Shown in pieces: positions 22,760 to 36,616 of a stretch of 45,539 nt of DNA. The first letter of the stretch is position 1; each line of letters starts with the position of its first letter. The notes beneath the pieces are model-generated. The model was given only the letters and a program-made list of their open reading frames with translations. It did not search any database and was not told the DNA's origin. This DNA is from Octopus bimaculoides (lineage: Eukaryota): NCBI RefSeq assembly GCF_001194135.2, contig NC_068981.1:159566028-159611566 (forward strand), in the 5' to 3' direction. The translations under genes were made by a program, and so were the position numbers.

Positions 22760-23327
22760 NNNNNNNNNNNNNNNNNNNNNNNNNNNNNNNNNNNNNNNNN
22801 NNNNNNNNNNNNNNNNNNNNNNNNNNNNNNNNNNNNNNNNNNNNNNNNNNNNNNNNNNNNNNNNNNNNNNNNNNNNNNNNNNNNNNNNNNNNNNNNNNNN
22901 NNNNNNNNNNNNNNNNNNNNNNNNNNNNNNNNNNNNNNNNNNNNNNNNNNNNNNNNNNNNNNNNNNNNNNNNNNNNNNNNNNNNNNNNNNNNNNNNNNNN
23001 NNNNNNNNNNNNNNNNNNNNNNNNNNNNNNNNNNNNNNNNNNNNNNNNNNNNNNNNNNNNNNNNNNNNNNNNNNNNNNNNNNNNNNNNNNNNNNNNNNNN
23101 NNNNNNNNNNNNNNNNNNNNNNNNNNNNNNNNNNNNNNNNNNNNNNNNNNNNNNNNNNNNNNNNNNNNNNNNNNNNNNNNNNNNNNNNNNNNNNNNNNNN
23201 NNNNNNNNNNNNNNNNNNNNNNNNNNNNNNNNNNNNNNNNNNNNNNNNNNNNNNNNNNNNATACATACATGCATACATGTAAATATGTATGCGTATGAGT
23301 GTAAGTATGTACGTACGTATGTATTTA

Positions 23328-23367
<40 letters not shown>

Positions 23368-24489
23368 GTTCTACGATTATGTAACAGCTTATACCGATAT
23401 GCAAATATATTTAAGCTTATAAACAAAATATACTTTAGTTTCTCTCCTTCTTACAGAAGCATCTTTGTATACATACACGCCAATACATTATATGCGTGTG
23501 TATAAAGATATCTCCCTGCTCATATATATTATGCATGTGTAAACAAGCACATACATTCTTTTATTCTTTAATTGGTTTCAGTCAGTTTATTGCGGCAACG
23601 TTTCGTCTTCACTAGTTTCAGCCGATCAAATCTACCCTAGAACTTATCTAAGTATAACGGCTATTTTATCAACGTTATTAATCGAATGGCTATGTCCAGC
23701 GACATAAAGGGCCACTACAAGATACATCATCTTGCGCAGATACAAAAAAACACAGGCAAAGTCTTAAACATATATGTATACATACATATGTGTGTGTGTG
23801 TCTGTGTGCGTGTATATGTATGTGTGTGAGTCCAATGAAGGCCAACAGGCCGAAACTTCGAAGTCACTGTCACCAGTCTTCTTGTAAAAATATAATAAAT
23901 ATGTACTAAATATGTAATATATGTACAAATATGTAACATACGTAATGAATATGTACAAAAAGTATTGAGTAATTTTTCAGTTCAATGTTTTTAACTATAA
24001 CTCGATATAAAAACAAACATTAATACACTCCACCTGGCAAGCACACACCCATACACATATAAATATATATAGTATGTGCGCGCAAGCGCGCTATTTGTGT
24101 ACCTATATATCAGTGAAAGACGCAAAATTGCTCCCTGGTCACTTTCGTTATTGCTTTATGCTGTTAATCCGTGATTGGTTTGATGGGAGACGTATAACTT
24201 TATACGCAGTTGTGTGTATTTAATGCTTTAAACACGCACTTATTGAATTATCTCACAGAAGTCCCCCCAGGTGAAACCATTCTTTGTTAATTCGAGTCCT
24301 CGTGGTGTGTTGACATATACGCGCACACACATACACATACACACACATATATACATACATATACATAATATACATGCATATATATGTTTGCTTCTACATA
24401 CATGCATGCATACATACATACATACATGCATACATACATGATACATATATATATATATATAGTAAGTATGTATGTATTTATGTATACGG

Positions 24490-24925
24490 ATTAGAAGCGC
24501 TTTCAAATATGCTTCAGTTATATTCGAACACGTAAGAAAACTATTCACTGTATTTTTGTCGCAGAAAAAAATTCTTGCATTAGACAAATAGCTTTAAACG
24601 CACCAAATCAGTTCGAAGTTCTCCAACTAGACTGATTCACGGAGGCATTTTGGAGTAGTTATTTCCTCTTCAACAGCAGACAACGGAAAGGCGTAGCACT
24701 GGAATTGAATAAGAGACAGATCTCTCTTATTATATTCCAGTCAGTGTACTGTGACTAGTTGCGCTAACTGGCCGTAATAAAGTACGTATTAGAAGCGCCA
24801 AGCAGTTATGTCTGTAAATATAAACTTGTTAACCACTTCAAATATGCTTGAAGTATATTCGAACCCGTATCGCAGCCATTCATTGTATTTTTGTTATGGA
24901 GGAAATTTCTCACCGTAGATAAATA
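24490..24925 (+). repeat. Diverged local direct duplication (about 100 bp)
   Basis: ATTAGAAGCGC-TTCAAATATGCTT..TATATTCGAAC.CGTA..ATTCA.TGTATTTTTGT..TAGA.AAATA at 24490-24590 and 24788-24925; the second copy has about 38 extra bp. Confidence 0.8.
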
Positions 24926-27900
24926 TGTAAGAAATTTTCAAAATGGTCAACAATTATTCTGCGTTCTAGATTCAACTTTCTTAAGTGACCATTCTCAAGT
25001 GACACAGATATATCTAAATGAAAAAAAATAATTGTTATTGTTCTTGTTGATGTTATTGCTGTTGTCATTGTTGGTGTTGTTTACGCCGCCGCTGCCGTCA
25101 TCGTCATCGTAGTCGTCATCGTAGTCGTCATCGTAGTTATCGTCGTAGTCATCGTCGTCCTAGTCGTAGTCGTCGTCATTGTTGTTGTTGTTGTTCAGAT
25201 CTCAGGCCAACCTCGATCGAGAAAAAAATGAACAACAAATTTCCCGCTTTAACTATGATATTTCTTCTTTGGTTTTCTTTTATATTATGCCATGTTTCTT
25301 TTCTCCCTTTAAGACGTTAGAGTGATTGCAATGAGGTTTAGTCGCCTTTTCAGATCAAGCGACAGCGTTAAAAATACTGGATATGCTCATCGTCAGTGTT
25401 TTATGTTGACAGACGACGGGAATCGCCGACCTCTGCGATTACCAGAGATGTGTTGCAAAACCGAGATCACGAAAGACAGACAATCACCAGCTAACACATT
25501 AATATATCGAAATTTATCAAGGTTTTCAAGTATAAGTTTTAGGGACAGGACATTCGAAAAATTTGCTGGGATCAGCTTCTTTGGCAGGACTTACAACAGT
25601 TGTTCGGATATCAGTTTAATTGGTAAGACTTGCAAAATTTTTCCAGGGTAATTTATTTGGTAAGAGTTGCAAAAGAGTTTTATAATCATCGATCAGTTTT
25701 CCCAGTCATTATAAGCAAGAGCTAAGCGACCAGATTTTCTGAAACTGTTTAAAGATAGTGATGGTAAACAAGAGAAGGTGAGTTTTGAGAATGTACGTTT
25801 TCAAAGTTTGCTTATTAACCTTTTGGTTGCGTAATTAAATTCCATGGTCATATCCCTGTAATGATGCTAATCATCCACCAAAAAACAGAACTGCTATATT
25901 CTGCTTCGGCAATACTCTTTCAGTATCTCTTGTAGATATGGTTTTCATATCCACCAGTAAAAGTATCTGATTCTCAGTCTGTAAAGAAGTATTTGATGAA
26001 ATATGTGAAAAAACTAAGAAAATCTGAAAAATTGTCTCTATAAAACGTGTCATTGGAGGTGTTTCCGATTTTCGTAACACAAGGATAGGTTTCTTTTTTG
26101 TTTTTGTTTTTGTTTTTTTTTCAAAGCTGTTGGGTAAACCCGCCTTCCGCAAACGGTAAAAAGATTTGGAGTGGATGTATCTTTATTCGGCGTTCAAAGG
26201 GTTGATATATTCGGATCTTCTGAAATAAATGAGTCCGTTGATAATAATGATAGTGTGCGAAAGGGAATTTTTTTTAGAACGTATGCTATTAAAGATTGTT
26301 TATTAATATACTCACTTATCAAATATATTCAGTATTGAACCAAATTTTGCACTTAATTTAATTTTGAAGTAAATTTCTGTGCTCTTTTGATGAAATGAAC
26401 TTGGTCATGTCGTACATGAGTTAATGATGAATCATATCGGTAGCGTCTAGTTCGAAATTGATTTTCTTATAGTAAGGTCTTAATGTCTTGGTATCATTGA
26501 GAAATAATCAATTCTGCTAGATTCATGTTTCGACCATACTAGATGTCTTCTTCATTCAATAGACAACAAATAATAATCAAGTTTCCTGTATAATCATTGT
26601 CCTCATCTCAACATCTGCAAGCTTCACCCAATACAAATGACTAACGTAACTTTTAGTTCAACAAAGAAATAACATAATGTAATAGAGTAATGACAAAACA
26701 AACATATCTAGTTTTCAATACATACTAATCCATCTAAATAAAGTATATAAAAATCACTAAAAAAAAACGTAATTGAGCAACAATACAGAGACGTGCCGTT
26801 ACATAATTTTAGCCTATATTTGTTCCATCCGTTGTTTCTTTCCTCTGTTAAAGACCTTAATGGATTTTTATTATACGAGTTCCGTATAAAGTATCTGTAA
26901 TGTTTGTATAAATACGTTTGATATCTCATACAAATTCAATAATGTTTCCAAGCACTGAAAGATAACAATTTTCTAAAATAGTGAAGTAGTGAAGCATATG
27001 AAAGTAAGTTTTAGGTTTTCTTCTATTTTAGCTTACAGTTATAAGAGTAAACTCTAGTCAAACTATATATATANNNNNNNNNNNNNNNNNNNNNNNNNNN
27101 NNNNNNNNNNNNNNNNNNNNNNNNNNNNNNNNNNNNNNNNNNNNNNNNNNNNNNNNNNNNNNNNNNNNNNNNNNNNNNNNNNNNNNNNNNNNNNNNNNNN
27201 NNNNNNNNNNNNNATATATATGTATACATGTATGTATATTTTATAACTTGATACAACAAAGAAGGGTGAAATGCATGCCAAGGCCAGATTTGTGGAAAAA
27301 GAAAGAAAAAAATTTATGATTATAGTACCATCGTTCTTCATATAAATTATGAAGAAAAAGATCAAAAGTAAACCAGAATATTTGAAACATGAATTATTCA
27401 TTGAGCAAATCCTGGCACCGGTCAATATTGATCATAAACTTCAAACTTCTTAACTAAACAATCTTCTATAATTACCATTTGTTGATAAGAGTGATGAGGT
27501 GCAGTAGCACAGAAGTTATTGACATCAATCAGTTATGATGCCTTTAAATATCGACCTAATGTAAAAGAAAGTATATTTATCAAAATGCAGTGGCTCGTTA
27601 AAAATGTTCACAACTTCCTTTCATGCTTTTTTCTAATTAGGTTAGTTTTATCACTTTTTACACATATTTTCACATTTAAAACGTATAGGATTCATTCTAT
27701 TCATTAAAACCTCTCCTTCTATGTAGGCATGGAAGTAAGCTGCCATATTAGCATACGTAAGAAAGGAAACCTTGCTGTTGCCACTCTAGTGCTCCAACTC
27801 TATAATTCCTAAGATTAAAGAAATAAGATGAATTCCCATACGTCTTAAATTTATCTTCGACCTCAGTAATAATAGTTTCAAGTTACCACATTAGCTGATA

Positions 27901-28156
27901 GTCTACTCCCTTATGTGATAAAAACTAGTTCTAGCAGAAAAATAAAAAACAAAAAAAAAAATCTGGAATCAAAACCGTTATACTCAACATCAGAAAGCGC
28001 TTTTATAGTTTGAGCGCTTTCTTTTCTCTTTTAGTCTAAATCCTCTTATTAGATTCATGTCAATAGTAATCCCTTAATCCCGAATACTATTAGACTCTAC
28101 AAAGATCCGTCATCTCCACCCATTTATAGTCTTTGTTAATGATCGTGCATCAGATC

Positions 28157-28378
28157 AGGGAGAGTTGGCTGAATCGTTAGCACCTCGGACAAAAATACTC
28201 ATCAGCATTTCTTTCGACTCCCTACGTTCTGAGATCAAATTCCACCGAGGTCAACTTTGCCTTTCTTCCTTTCGGGATGGAGGAAATAAGAAACAGTTGA
28301 GCACAGGGGTCGAGGTAATCGATTATTCTCCCATCTGAGTTTTGGGTCTGGTGCATGCCTATATTAGAAAGGATTCAT
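28157..28378 (+). mobile_element. SINE family A
   Basis: GAGTTGGCTGAATCGTTAGC..GTTCTGAGATCAAATTCCACCGAGGTCAAC..GGTAATCGA..CCTATATTAGAAAGGATT. Confidence 0.85.
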
Positions 28379-29662
28379 TATCCTGAAGTTGTCGTTCCAC
28401 ATACGCATTCTTAAAAGAACTCTCTACTCTCTTTCACCCTTCAGTCTCCACATTTTATCAGCTGCTAATATCATCACATCCCACCAATTATTCTTTAATT
28501 TTTTTGTTTAATATAGATCTCATAAAAGTTATAAAACATAGATCTAATAACTTTTATGATATCCAGACTAATGTTATTTCTTTCGTGGAAAATAACCATT
28601 TCAGTTTTACTACTGGCAGACGACACTGATTAAAGGATCTCAATGACTATAATTACTAATATTCCTTGATACTGCTGTAGATTTGTATAATCTAGCTTTG
28701 CCTTGACAATCAAGAAATATTTAATCTGGATGCAGCTGTTTTTAAGGCCGAAATGCACCAGACAAATGACTCTAGCATTTATATGTAAAATAGTACAACA
28801 TTGATAAATGAAATCTAACTCAATATCCACAAGTCAGAAAAGGTTTTATTTCTTTCTTGTCATAGCTCTGTGATCTCTTTTTACTTTTCCTACGGAACTA
28901 TACTGCTCCAAATGTTTACTTCTATTTTAACGTATCTGTTGTGCCATTTCTCCGATTTTCTTCCACTCACGTCGTTTCATTCCCTAAACATCGCTCAAAT
29001 AGTCTTTCGAGAATGTCATCTAAGAAACACACTAACTGCATTCGTTCAGCCAGTCATCTCACTCATTAAAAGAACTTATTTGAGAGGGACCCTCTCCTTG
29101 ACATAGGCAATAATGATACAAGTGACCCATTGATTGTCATATATCTACAAGAAATGTCCCTCTTAAAAAAGAAAAGTATATCAGATAATGTAGTTCTTGA
29201 TTACATTATCAAGATGGACTGACCATAGCTGGTCTCCTGTCGTCATGGTTCGGTTTGATCGCGATTCGCTTTGAGATTAAACTACAACATAGGTAACGAC
29301 TTTCCAGTATAACGACATTTCAAAAAATTAAAATGTATTTCTCCGAAGTGAAGCACATCTTCCACCATGATGAGGTTCTTGCTTAGAATGAATCCGACAG
29401 CTGGCGAGCAGTAAAATTTGTTTACTACGTAGCCTGGTTGCATCCCTGATCAACTTGAAACCGATTCCCATTGCGAACAATGATTACCAATGACATTTAG
29501 TTCCAATTTCAGAAAAAGTTTTATTTCTTTCTCATATTTAATACAGTTGCTTTGTCATTTTGTTTTAATTTCCCCTTTTCTCTCCCTCTCCTTTCTTGCT
29601 TTTTACCCCACCTCTCACTCTCTCTCTCTGTCTCTGTCTCTGTCTGTCTCTCTGTCTCTCTC

Positions 29663-29693
<31 letters not shown>

Positions 29694-30130
29694 CCCTCTC
29701 TCTTTCCTCCATTCCACTCCTTCTCTCTTTTCAGGGTAGCAAGGGACTAGCGTTCAAGATAAAGCTTTGGATGAAAATTTAAATTCAGTTGAAAGTGTTG
29801 TATGTATGTATGTATGTATGTATCGTGGTTACGTATGTTTGCAGATTATTTCTATGATCTGAAGGCGTGTTACGTTATTTAATATCTCAACTTTATATGT
29901 AATTACATTTATATCATTCATAAATTTAAATTTAAATTAAAGTAAGGTCTCCGAAGTTGCGGGTAGTTGGCATAATTCATATTGGCTTACAGAATAAAAA
30001 TTAAACGAAATGGATAAGCGCAGAGAGACGCTTACTTTTGAACCCATCAAGCTAGACTTAAATTTAAATGCATCTCTTCATCGGAAAAATCGTGTTACAC
30101 ACAGGTGATATTCTGTTTAGCTGAGATTAA

Positions 30131-30353
30131 CCCTTTCCCAGTCCAAAGCATTTTCATAAGCTTGTCCTAAACGTCCATGCTTCTTTTCAGACATTTAGTC
30201 AGCCATTGTTTCATACGTTCTGAATATCATAAAGCTTTCCTTTCGTAAGTCACAAGCTTCTCTAGTGATTGGAAAAAAATTGGGAACATGTACCACATGT
30301 GATTGCATGGAGCCATGGAAATACATTCTGTATATCACATGACAGGCAAAGGG
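30131..30353. mobile_element. piggyBac-type MITE 1 (223 bp)
   Basis: TTAA|CCCTTTCCCAGTC ... GACAGGCAAAGGG|TTAA: TTAA TSD plus 13-bp TIR (11/13) starting CCC. Confidence 0.7.
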
Positions 30354-31014
30354 TTAAAGCATCTGATCCGCGATGTAATTATTCTACCCCATAGCTAGGC
30401 ACCATTTCTGACCAACAACCAAAGACTGTTAATATCTGAATGATGGCGACAAACAACTTCATAATGAGGTTTGCTTCTTTCCTATTCTTAATATAGTATG
30501 GTTGTATCATAGTCTCACCACATCACCTCCTTTTCCTTTTCCTTTTTTTAAAAATTTTTTCAATAGTAAAGTAGCAACGTTGCTTTCCTTTACTTTTTGT
30601 TTTTCAGGAGTAATTAAAGTATGGTGTTCCAACCTTTGATCATAGGTCTTGTTAATCAGGACTGACCTGGGGCTAAACAGTGACACAACAATTATAACAA
30701 CAGTTCATTGCAAGAATAGAATACTTGGCATACTGCGAGGCAGTGACTTATCCAAGATTGGAAGATGACTGTAAATTATCAGATGGTTAAGACAGCGTAG
30801 GAGACATAAGGACTGTATACGAAGAATCTAGTCTAGTCTAGTTCTCTGCATTATACACCAATTCAACTACCCAGAGAAATAACACTTATTAAATATGCAA
30901 CAAGTGATTGCATGAATCCTCTTTTCTCTATAAGAAAAAAAACTTTTCTAAATTATGACAGACATATGTGAGTGTATATACATACATACATACATACATA
31001 CATGTGTATACATA

Positions 31015-31086
<72 letters not shown>

Positions 31087-31096
31087 CATACATACA

Positions 31097-31132
<36 letters not shown>

Positions 31133-31472
31133 CATACAGGCATACATATGCGCATATATATATATATGTGTATATATACNNNNNNNNNNNNNNNNNNNNN
31201 NNNNNNNNNNNNNNNNNNNNNNNNNNNNNNNNNNNNNNNNNNNNNNNNNNNNNNNNNNNNNNNNNNNNNNNNNNNNNNNNNNNNNNNNNNNNNNNNNNNN
31301 NNNNNNNNNNNNNATCTATATAGCGTAAGAGGCGGAACAAAATGAAAAAATATAATCCAAATAAAAGTTTTTAGCTATAAATATCTTGCAACATAAAAAT
31401 ATAATCACAATATATATATATAGTCCCTTTCTCCGCCTTCTCTCTCATCTCTTATTCCATCTCTTTCACCTC

Positions 31473-31510
<38 letters not shown>

Positions 31511-31599
31511 CTCTCTGTCTTTCTCTCTCTCCTTCTCTCTCATTATACTTACATCGATATAGTTGGTGCCAAGCTGAAATGTCAACATCAACTAATCTC

Positions 31600-32754
31600 T
31601 TTCCTACTTCTCCAGGCATCATTGATCGTCTGTCTGACAATTCAAACACACTCGATCTGGTTCCTCGCTTATTAGAATGAACTCTATTACTCAATCTCTT
31701 TCTTAGCCCACCTTGCCCCTTTCACTCATTGTATCATTGTCATCACTGTGTCCTGCTATTCTATTGAGCTAAAACTGATACAATTCTAAGATGACAGAGC
31801 TAATCATTAGTGTAAAGCAATCCTGTGAAATCGACTAACGACTCTATAGCTTGGTGAACTGATTTCAAACCCTCTCTTGTAAGAAAAATACTTGAGTTAG
31901 ACAGATGCCCTATCTGAAACGGATTTGGACTCATTTACTTTATTCCTGATTCAGAATATTTCTCGTTACATCACTCCACAAACCAGAATTAAATGTAAGC
32001 AGTAAACTGCAAAGCACTTCTGACTAAACCTATTCGACGTTTCCGTCTCTGTTCCTGTTGTCATCTATGCTGTTTCCTCTGGACAGAGTATGTACTAACA
32101 CCGTCAGTGCATCTCTCCTATAACTGCAATCCTCTGTAACGTCGTTCCTTACCATTAATATACAATTATATACCAAATAAAATAACTCTCAGAAGTTGAC
32201 TGAAAGTGAGTATCTCAAGGTGATCTCTTGACCTTGCTAGAAACAGTTACCAAATTTTCCTCAAATCACGAAGGTCTGTGAAAAAAATAATCCATATATT
32301 ACACATTTGTGTAATCTTAGATGTACAGAAATAACGAAATTATCTCGACTGGAACACCTTTGGTCATAGCTCTCATCTAAGAGTTGATTAACATTAACAA
32401 CTAGACGGCATTCGAACTGAGCCTCAACTTTGTTGGTTTCATGAATTTAGGAAGCGCTGCAAAAAAGTAGTATTTCACCCATTTTTCCTCAGTTAGTTAA
32501 TAAAAAAAGACCATTCACACCAGCATCTTTCTGTTTTTAGATAACTCCAACACCATGGTCTCCATTCTACCAGACTTCATCACTTTCTCTCTTCGGGACA
32601 TCACCAACAGACTAAATTTTGTCTAATTCCGTCCTAACACATATAGACGCGTATACATGTACACGCACGCACACTTACATATACATGTATACACACATGC
32701 ACACACATGTATACACATACATACACACACACATACTCTCTCCCTCTCTTTCTA

Positions 32755-32809
<55 letters not shown>

Positions 32810-33130
32810 CTCTCTCTCTCTCTCTCTCTAAAGTCGGCTAAAACACACACCGACTCAGCTGTTGCTTACCATTCTTTTTTACGCTTGTCCGAACTTTACA
32901 TCAACTATAAAACTATATACCTACCAACTCACTTCCGAACGTCATTACTTCCTTGACTACCAGATAGCAACTCACGGAACCCTCTCCTCTTTCTCGATAA
33001 AAGGGTCGAGCCCAAAACAACGTATACGCCCCTTTCCTCGCGGTAACTATATTTATTTCAACTGCAACATTTCATTTCAATTTCACGTTACCGATACAGA
33101 CACTCATTGAATCCTCCTCGATTCCCTTCA
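31600..33130 (+). mobile_element. Scattered remnants of an old LINE (AP-endonuclease end and C-terminal region)
   Basis: 'FPTSPGIIDRLSDNSNTLDLV' at about 31610-31670 resembles the endonuclease 'PT..PDR...NTLDL' motif; 'RPFPRG' at about 33020-33050 resembles the LINE C-terminal 'SFFPRT..LWN'. Interrupted by other repeats. Confidence 0.4.
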
Positions 33131-33579
33131 ATTCTGAATTTTATCTTAATGCAAAATACACCTACAGTGATAAACACTGGTCTATTCTTTCATCAGGTCC
33201 CCAACAATGAATTATCTAATTTATTTCACAATACATTGATACATTGGAAGACACACTGAGGCAGATTACACGTTGGCGCATATATTTTTTTCACAACTAT
33301 CGGAGTGCTAAGCGCTCCTCACATCAGCGCGTCCATGAGATGATTGTGACCTACAAACAGTCTTGAGTAGGAACAGAAGAGTGTGCGCATGTGCACACTA
33401 GATTCATAAAACGGAAGAGAAGAATAAAAATGCATTGCACTTATCGCATCTCGCTTTATCAAGCTGTTTTAATTATGTAAGATAACACCATGTTTCTATA
33501 TTCGCTAATGCGGAGAAAAGTACCTTTTCGCGCAGCTTTGCAGCAATTTCTTTGTTTTCTATAATTATTGACTTCTATT

Positions 33580-33790
33580 GCTTTTATCTTTATCGTGTTT
33601 CAATCGTCGAACTGCAGTCATGTTGGGGAACCGCCTAGAAGGGTTTAGTCGAACAAATTGCCCCTAGTACTTATTTTTAAGTCCGGTATTACTCTGTTGC
33701 TCCTTTCACCGAATCGCTAAATTACGGGAAAGTAAACAAACCAACACCAGTTATCAAGTGTTAGTAGGGGACAAACACTAACAGAAAATC
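33580..33790 (-). mobile_element. SINE family B 3' module (host of nested insertion)
   Basis: Reverse complement of the family B tail (CTGCAGTCATGTTGGGGAACCGCC..GGGGACAAACAC). Confidence 0.7.
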
Positions 33791-33805
33791 ACATATGCTT
33801 TATGA

Positions 33806-34070
33806 ACTGGCACTCCGTCGGTTACTACGACGAGTGTTTCAGTTGATCCGATCAACGGTACAGCCTGATGCACTCCACAGTGCGACACAGAATGTGACAA
33901 GGTTGCCCCTTTGAAATACAGGTACTACTCATTTTTGCCAGCTGAGTTGACTGAAGTAACGTGAAATAAAGTATCTTGTTCGAAGAAACAACGCGCCACC
34001 GGGTATCGAACTCAACGATCTTAGGATTGTGAGTTGAATACCCTAACCATTAAGCCACGCACCTCCACAC
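33806..34070 (-). mobile_element. SINE family C nested in family B
   Basis: ACTGGCACTCCGTCGGTTAC..GGTATCGAACTC..CCCTAACCATTAAGCCACGCACCTCC; partly deleted tail. Confidence 0.85.
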
Positions 34071-34215
34071 ACACAAACACGCGCGCGCGCGTAATATATA
34101 TGTGCGTGTGTGCGTGTGTGTGTCTGTGTGTGTGTGTGTGTGTATGTATGTATGCATGTATGTATGTATGTATGTGTGTGTGTGCGTGTAAGAGAGATAG
34201 AGAGAGAGAAAGAGA

Positions 34216-34345
34216 AACTTCCATACAGTTTCCCTTTACCAAGTTCATTCACATGGTATTAGTCGGCCCGGGGCTATAATAAAAGACACTTACCCAAGCT
34301 GCTATGCAGTGGGACTGAACCCAAATCCACATGATTGCAAAGCGA
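34216..34345 (-). mobile_element. SINE family B 5' module
   Basis: CAGTTTCCCTTTACCAAG..GTCGGCCCGGGGCTATAATAAAAGACACTTACCCAAG..GGGACTGAACCC. Confidence 0.75.
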
Positions 34346-34469
34346 GCTTCTTAACAAGAATTTCTTTGTTTAGAAAAAAAGAAGACAAAAAACTCACCAG
34401 AAAAATATTATCGGAATTTGCTTTACTATAAACTGATGTTCGTGGTCGAGTCAGTGAAGGTGTCTTTAA

Positions 34470-34786
34470 CCCATTACCTACCAGTGATCTCATATGAGAT
34501 CACTTAAAAATTACAAATTTCGTAATTTTCTGTCAATATTTACACATATCTAACCTTTTTGCTATATCTACTAGGTATATTTCTCTGATATTCAAATGTG
34601 GTTTGCTAATTGTTCACCCAATATCTCGCTTATTTCTATTTAAAATGTTATTTTGAAATGTTATTTTGAAATGTTATTTTGAAATGTTATTTTGATCATT
34701 CCAGCGTGTTTCTAAGGCTGTTTTATGCTAAAAATCAAAGTTTCATAAAAAAAATTCCAGTTAATAGAATTATGGGAGGTAATGGG
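34470..34786. mobile_element. piggyBac-type MITE 2 (317 bp)
   Basis: TTAA|CCCATTACCTACCA ... TGGGAGGTAATGGG|TTAA (13/14 TIR); internal 20-bp palindrome GTGATCTCATATGAGATCAC and (AAATGTTATTTTG)x4. Confidence 0.8.
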
Positions 34787-35280
34787 TTAAGTTATCACAT
34801 GATCTGCATGAAATAACATTCAAATTTTCCCTCGAACCACACCCTTCCATTTTAAATGAAGATTTCGTTATTTTGTATTCTGAGCATGGTCCCCTTGTGA
34901 GCCAGCGAAAAGCAACAAGATGTTTCAGTTCTAAACCAATCGCAATTGGTCAGCTTTAAGGTTAGATCCTAATCATGAAGAAGATAGTAGGTCTGAGTAC
35001 AAAATTTGTACTCAAGACATCATCACGGATAAATAATCTCCGCCAAATGAGTGTATCGCTCGACTACAACTGATTCCAACTCAATTGCTTTCATTACCAT
35101 GAATCACTAATTATACCCTTTAATAGCTTCATTTTGTAATACAAATGTCTATATTTTACTTCTGGGAAGGCAATAGATATTTTAAAAGAAGCTTTATAAA
35201 GAAATGTATTTCCAAAGAGGACTTCTTTTATTTCCCAGAAATTATAAACATTTTATAGCCATACAAAAATGAATCTCAGA

Positions 35281-35490
<210 letters not shown>

Positions 35491-36099
35491 TACTCTCATC
35501 TACTAGCAATCGAGATGTTTGTTCCGCGTCACTTACTTTATAGCCAATTCTTTATTAGATATTAAATGACTTATAGCTTCTCGAAATTCAATATAGAGAA
35601 ACTGGGCTGACCAGAAAATTTTGCTCTTCTTAAATAATGTATTTTTTTCTCTTTGTTTCATAGGATATAAAGACGATTAGCTGCATTGAATAATATAATG
35701 AACAGTTATCGGGTTCAAATCTGTTGTATTGAGTTGTCAGTAAATTCGTTCATTTTTTTTCTTTTTCATTTTAATTATTCCAATGTTATTTGAATTCACA
35801 CAAATTCTATAACTTTTTGTTGCTCTGTGCTTCCTTACAAATTTTATCTATGTTTTTTTTTTAAAGAAAAAACATTGAATTAATTTTTATCTCTTTTCAG
35901 ACATATGACGATAGAGTGCTATGAAAAGAAGAAAAGAAAAAAAAACAACGAACAGATTTATCTGACAACCCATTGAGCTTTCAGGCAAGATGCAGAATTC
36001 AACAGTTTCTCAATTTATCTAGCCAGGGCGGGGAGCAGGTAACACGCCCAGCTTTCCTACGAAATATTGTCTGCAACAGAATATCTTCTTTCGTGGTGA

Positions 36100-36216
36100 T
36101 GATGGCGGTGGGGGATGGTGGCGGTGGAGGAGGATGGCGGTGGGGATGATGGTGGTGGGGATGATGGCGGTGGTGATGATAGCAGTGGGGATGATGGCGA
36201 TGGTGATGGTGGTGAT
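36100..36216 (+). repeat. Degenerate G-rich 15-bp repeat (GGCGGTGGGGATGAT)
   Basis: About 6 diverged units built from GGT/GAT/GGC triplets. Confidence 0.75.
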
Positions 36217-36307
36217 CTGCAAAACATTAAAAAACTCAGTTCAGCTTTGAACTTCTGAGTCCTTGTGACTTGTGAAAGGATTTAACTAGTTTAAATTACT
36301 AACTTAA

Positions 36308-36616
36308 GGTGCGTGGCTTAATGATTAGGGTATTTGTGGCTCACGATCGTGTGTCCGATACTCAGCAGAGCTTTGTGTCTTGGAACGAGACACTTTATTT
36401 CACGTTGCTTCAGTCCACTCAGCTGGCAAAAATGAGTAGTACCTGTATTTCAAAGCCTTATCACATTCTGTGTCACGCTGACTCTCCCTGAGAACTACAT
36501 GAAGGGTACGCATGTCTGTGGATTACTCAGCCACATGCACATTGACTCCACAAACAGGCTGTTCCGTTGATCGGGTCAATTGGAACACTCATCGCCGTAA
36601 CCGACGGAGTGCCAGT
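36308..36616 (+). mobile_element. SINE family C
   Basis: GGTGCGTGGCTTAATGATTAGGG head, core GAGACACTTTATTTCACGTTGCTTCAGTCCACTCAGCTGG, tail ending CGTAACCGACGGAGTGCCAGT. Confidence 0.85.

Noticed and set aside
25322-25651. 109-aa ORF MIAMRFSRLF...
   Set aside because: No homology recognised; better treated as a possible UTR (see candidate first exon).
34991-35018. Small hairpin TGAGTACAAA-A-TTTGTACTCA
   Set aside because: 10-bp AT-rich arms with no context; plausible by chance in 45 kb.
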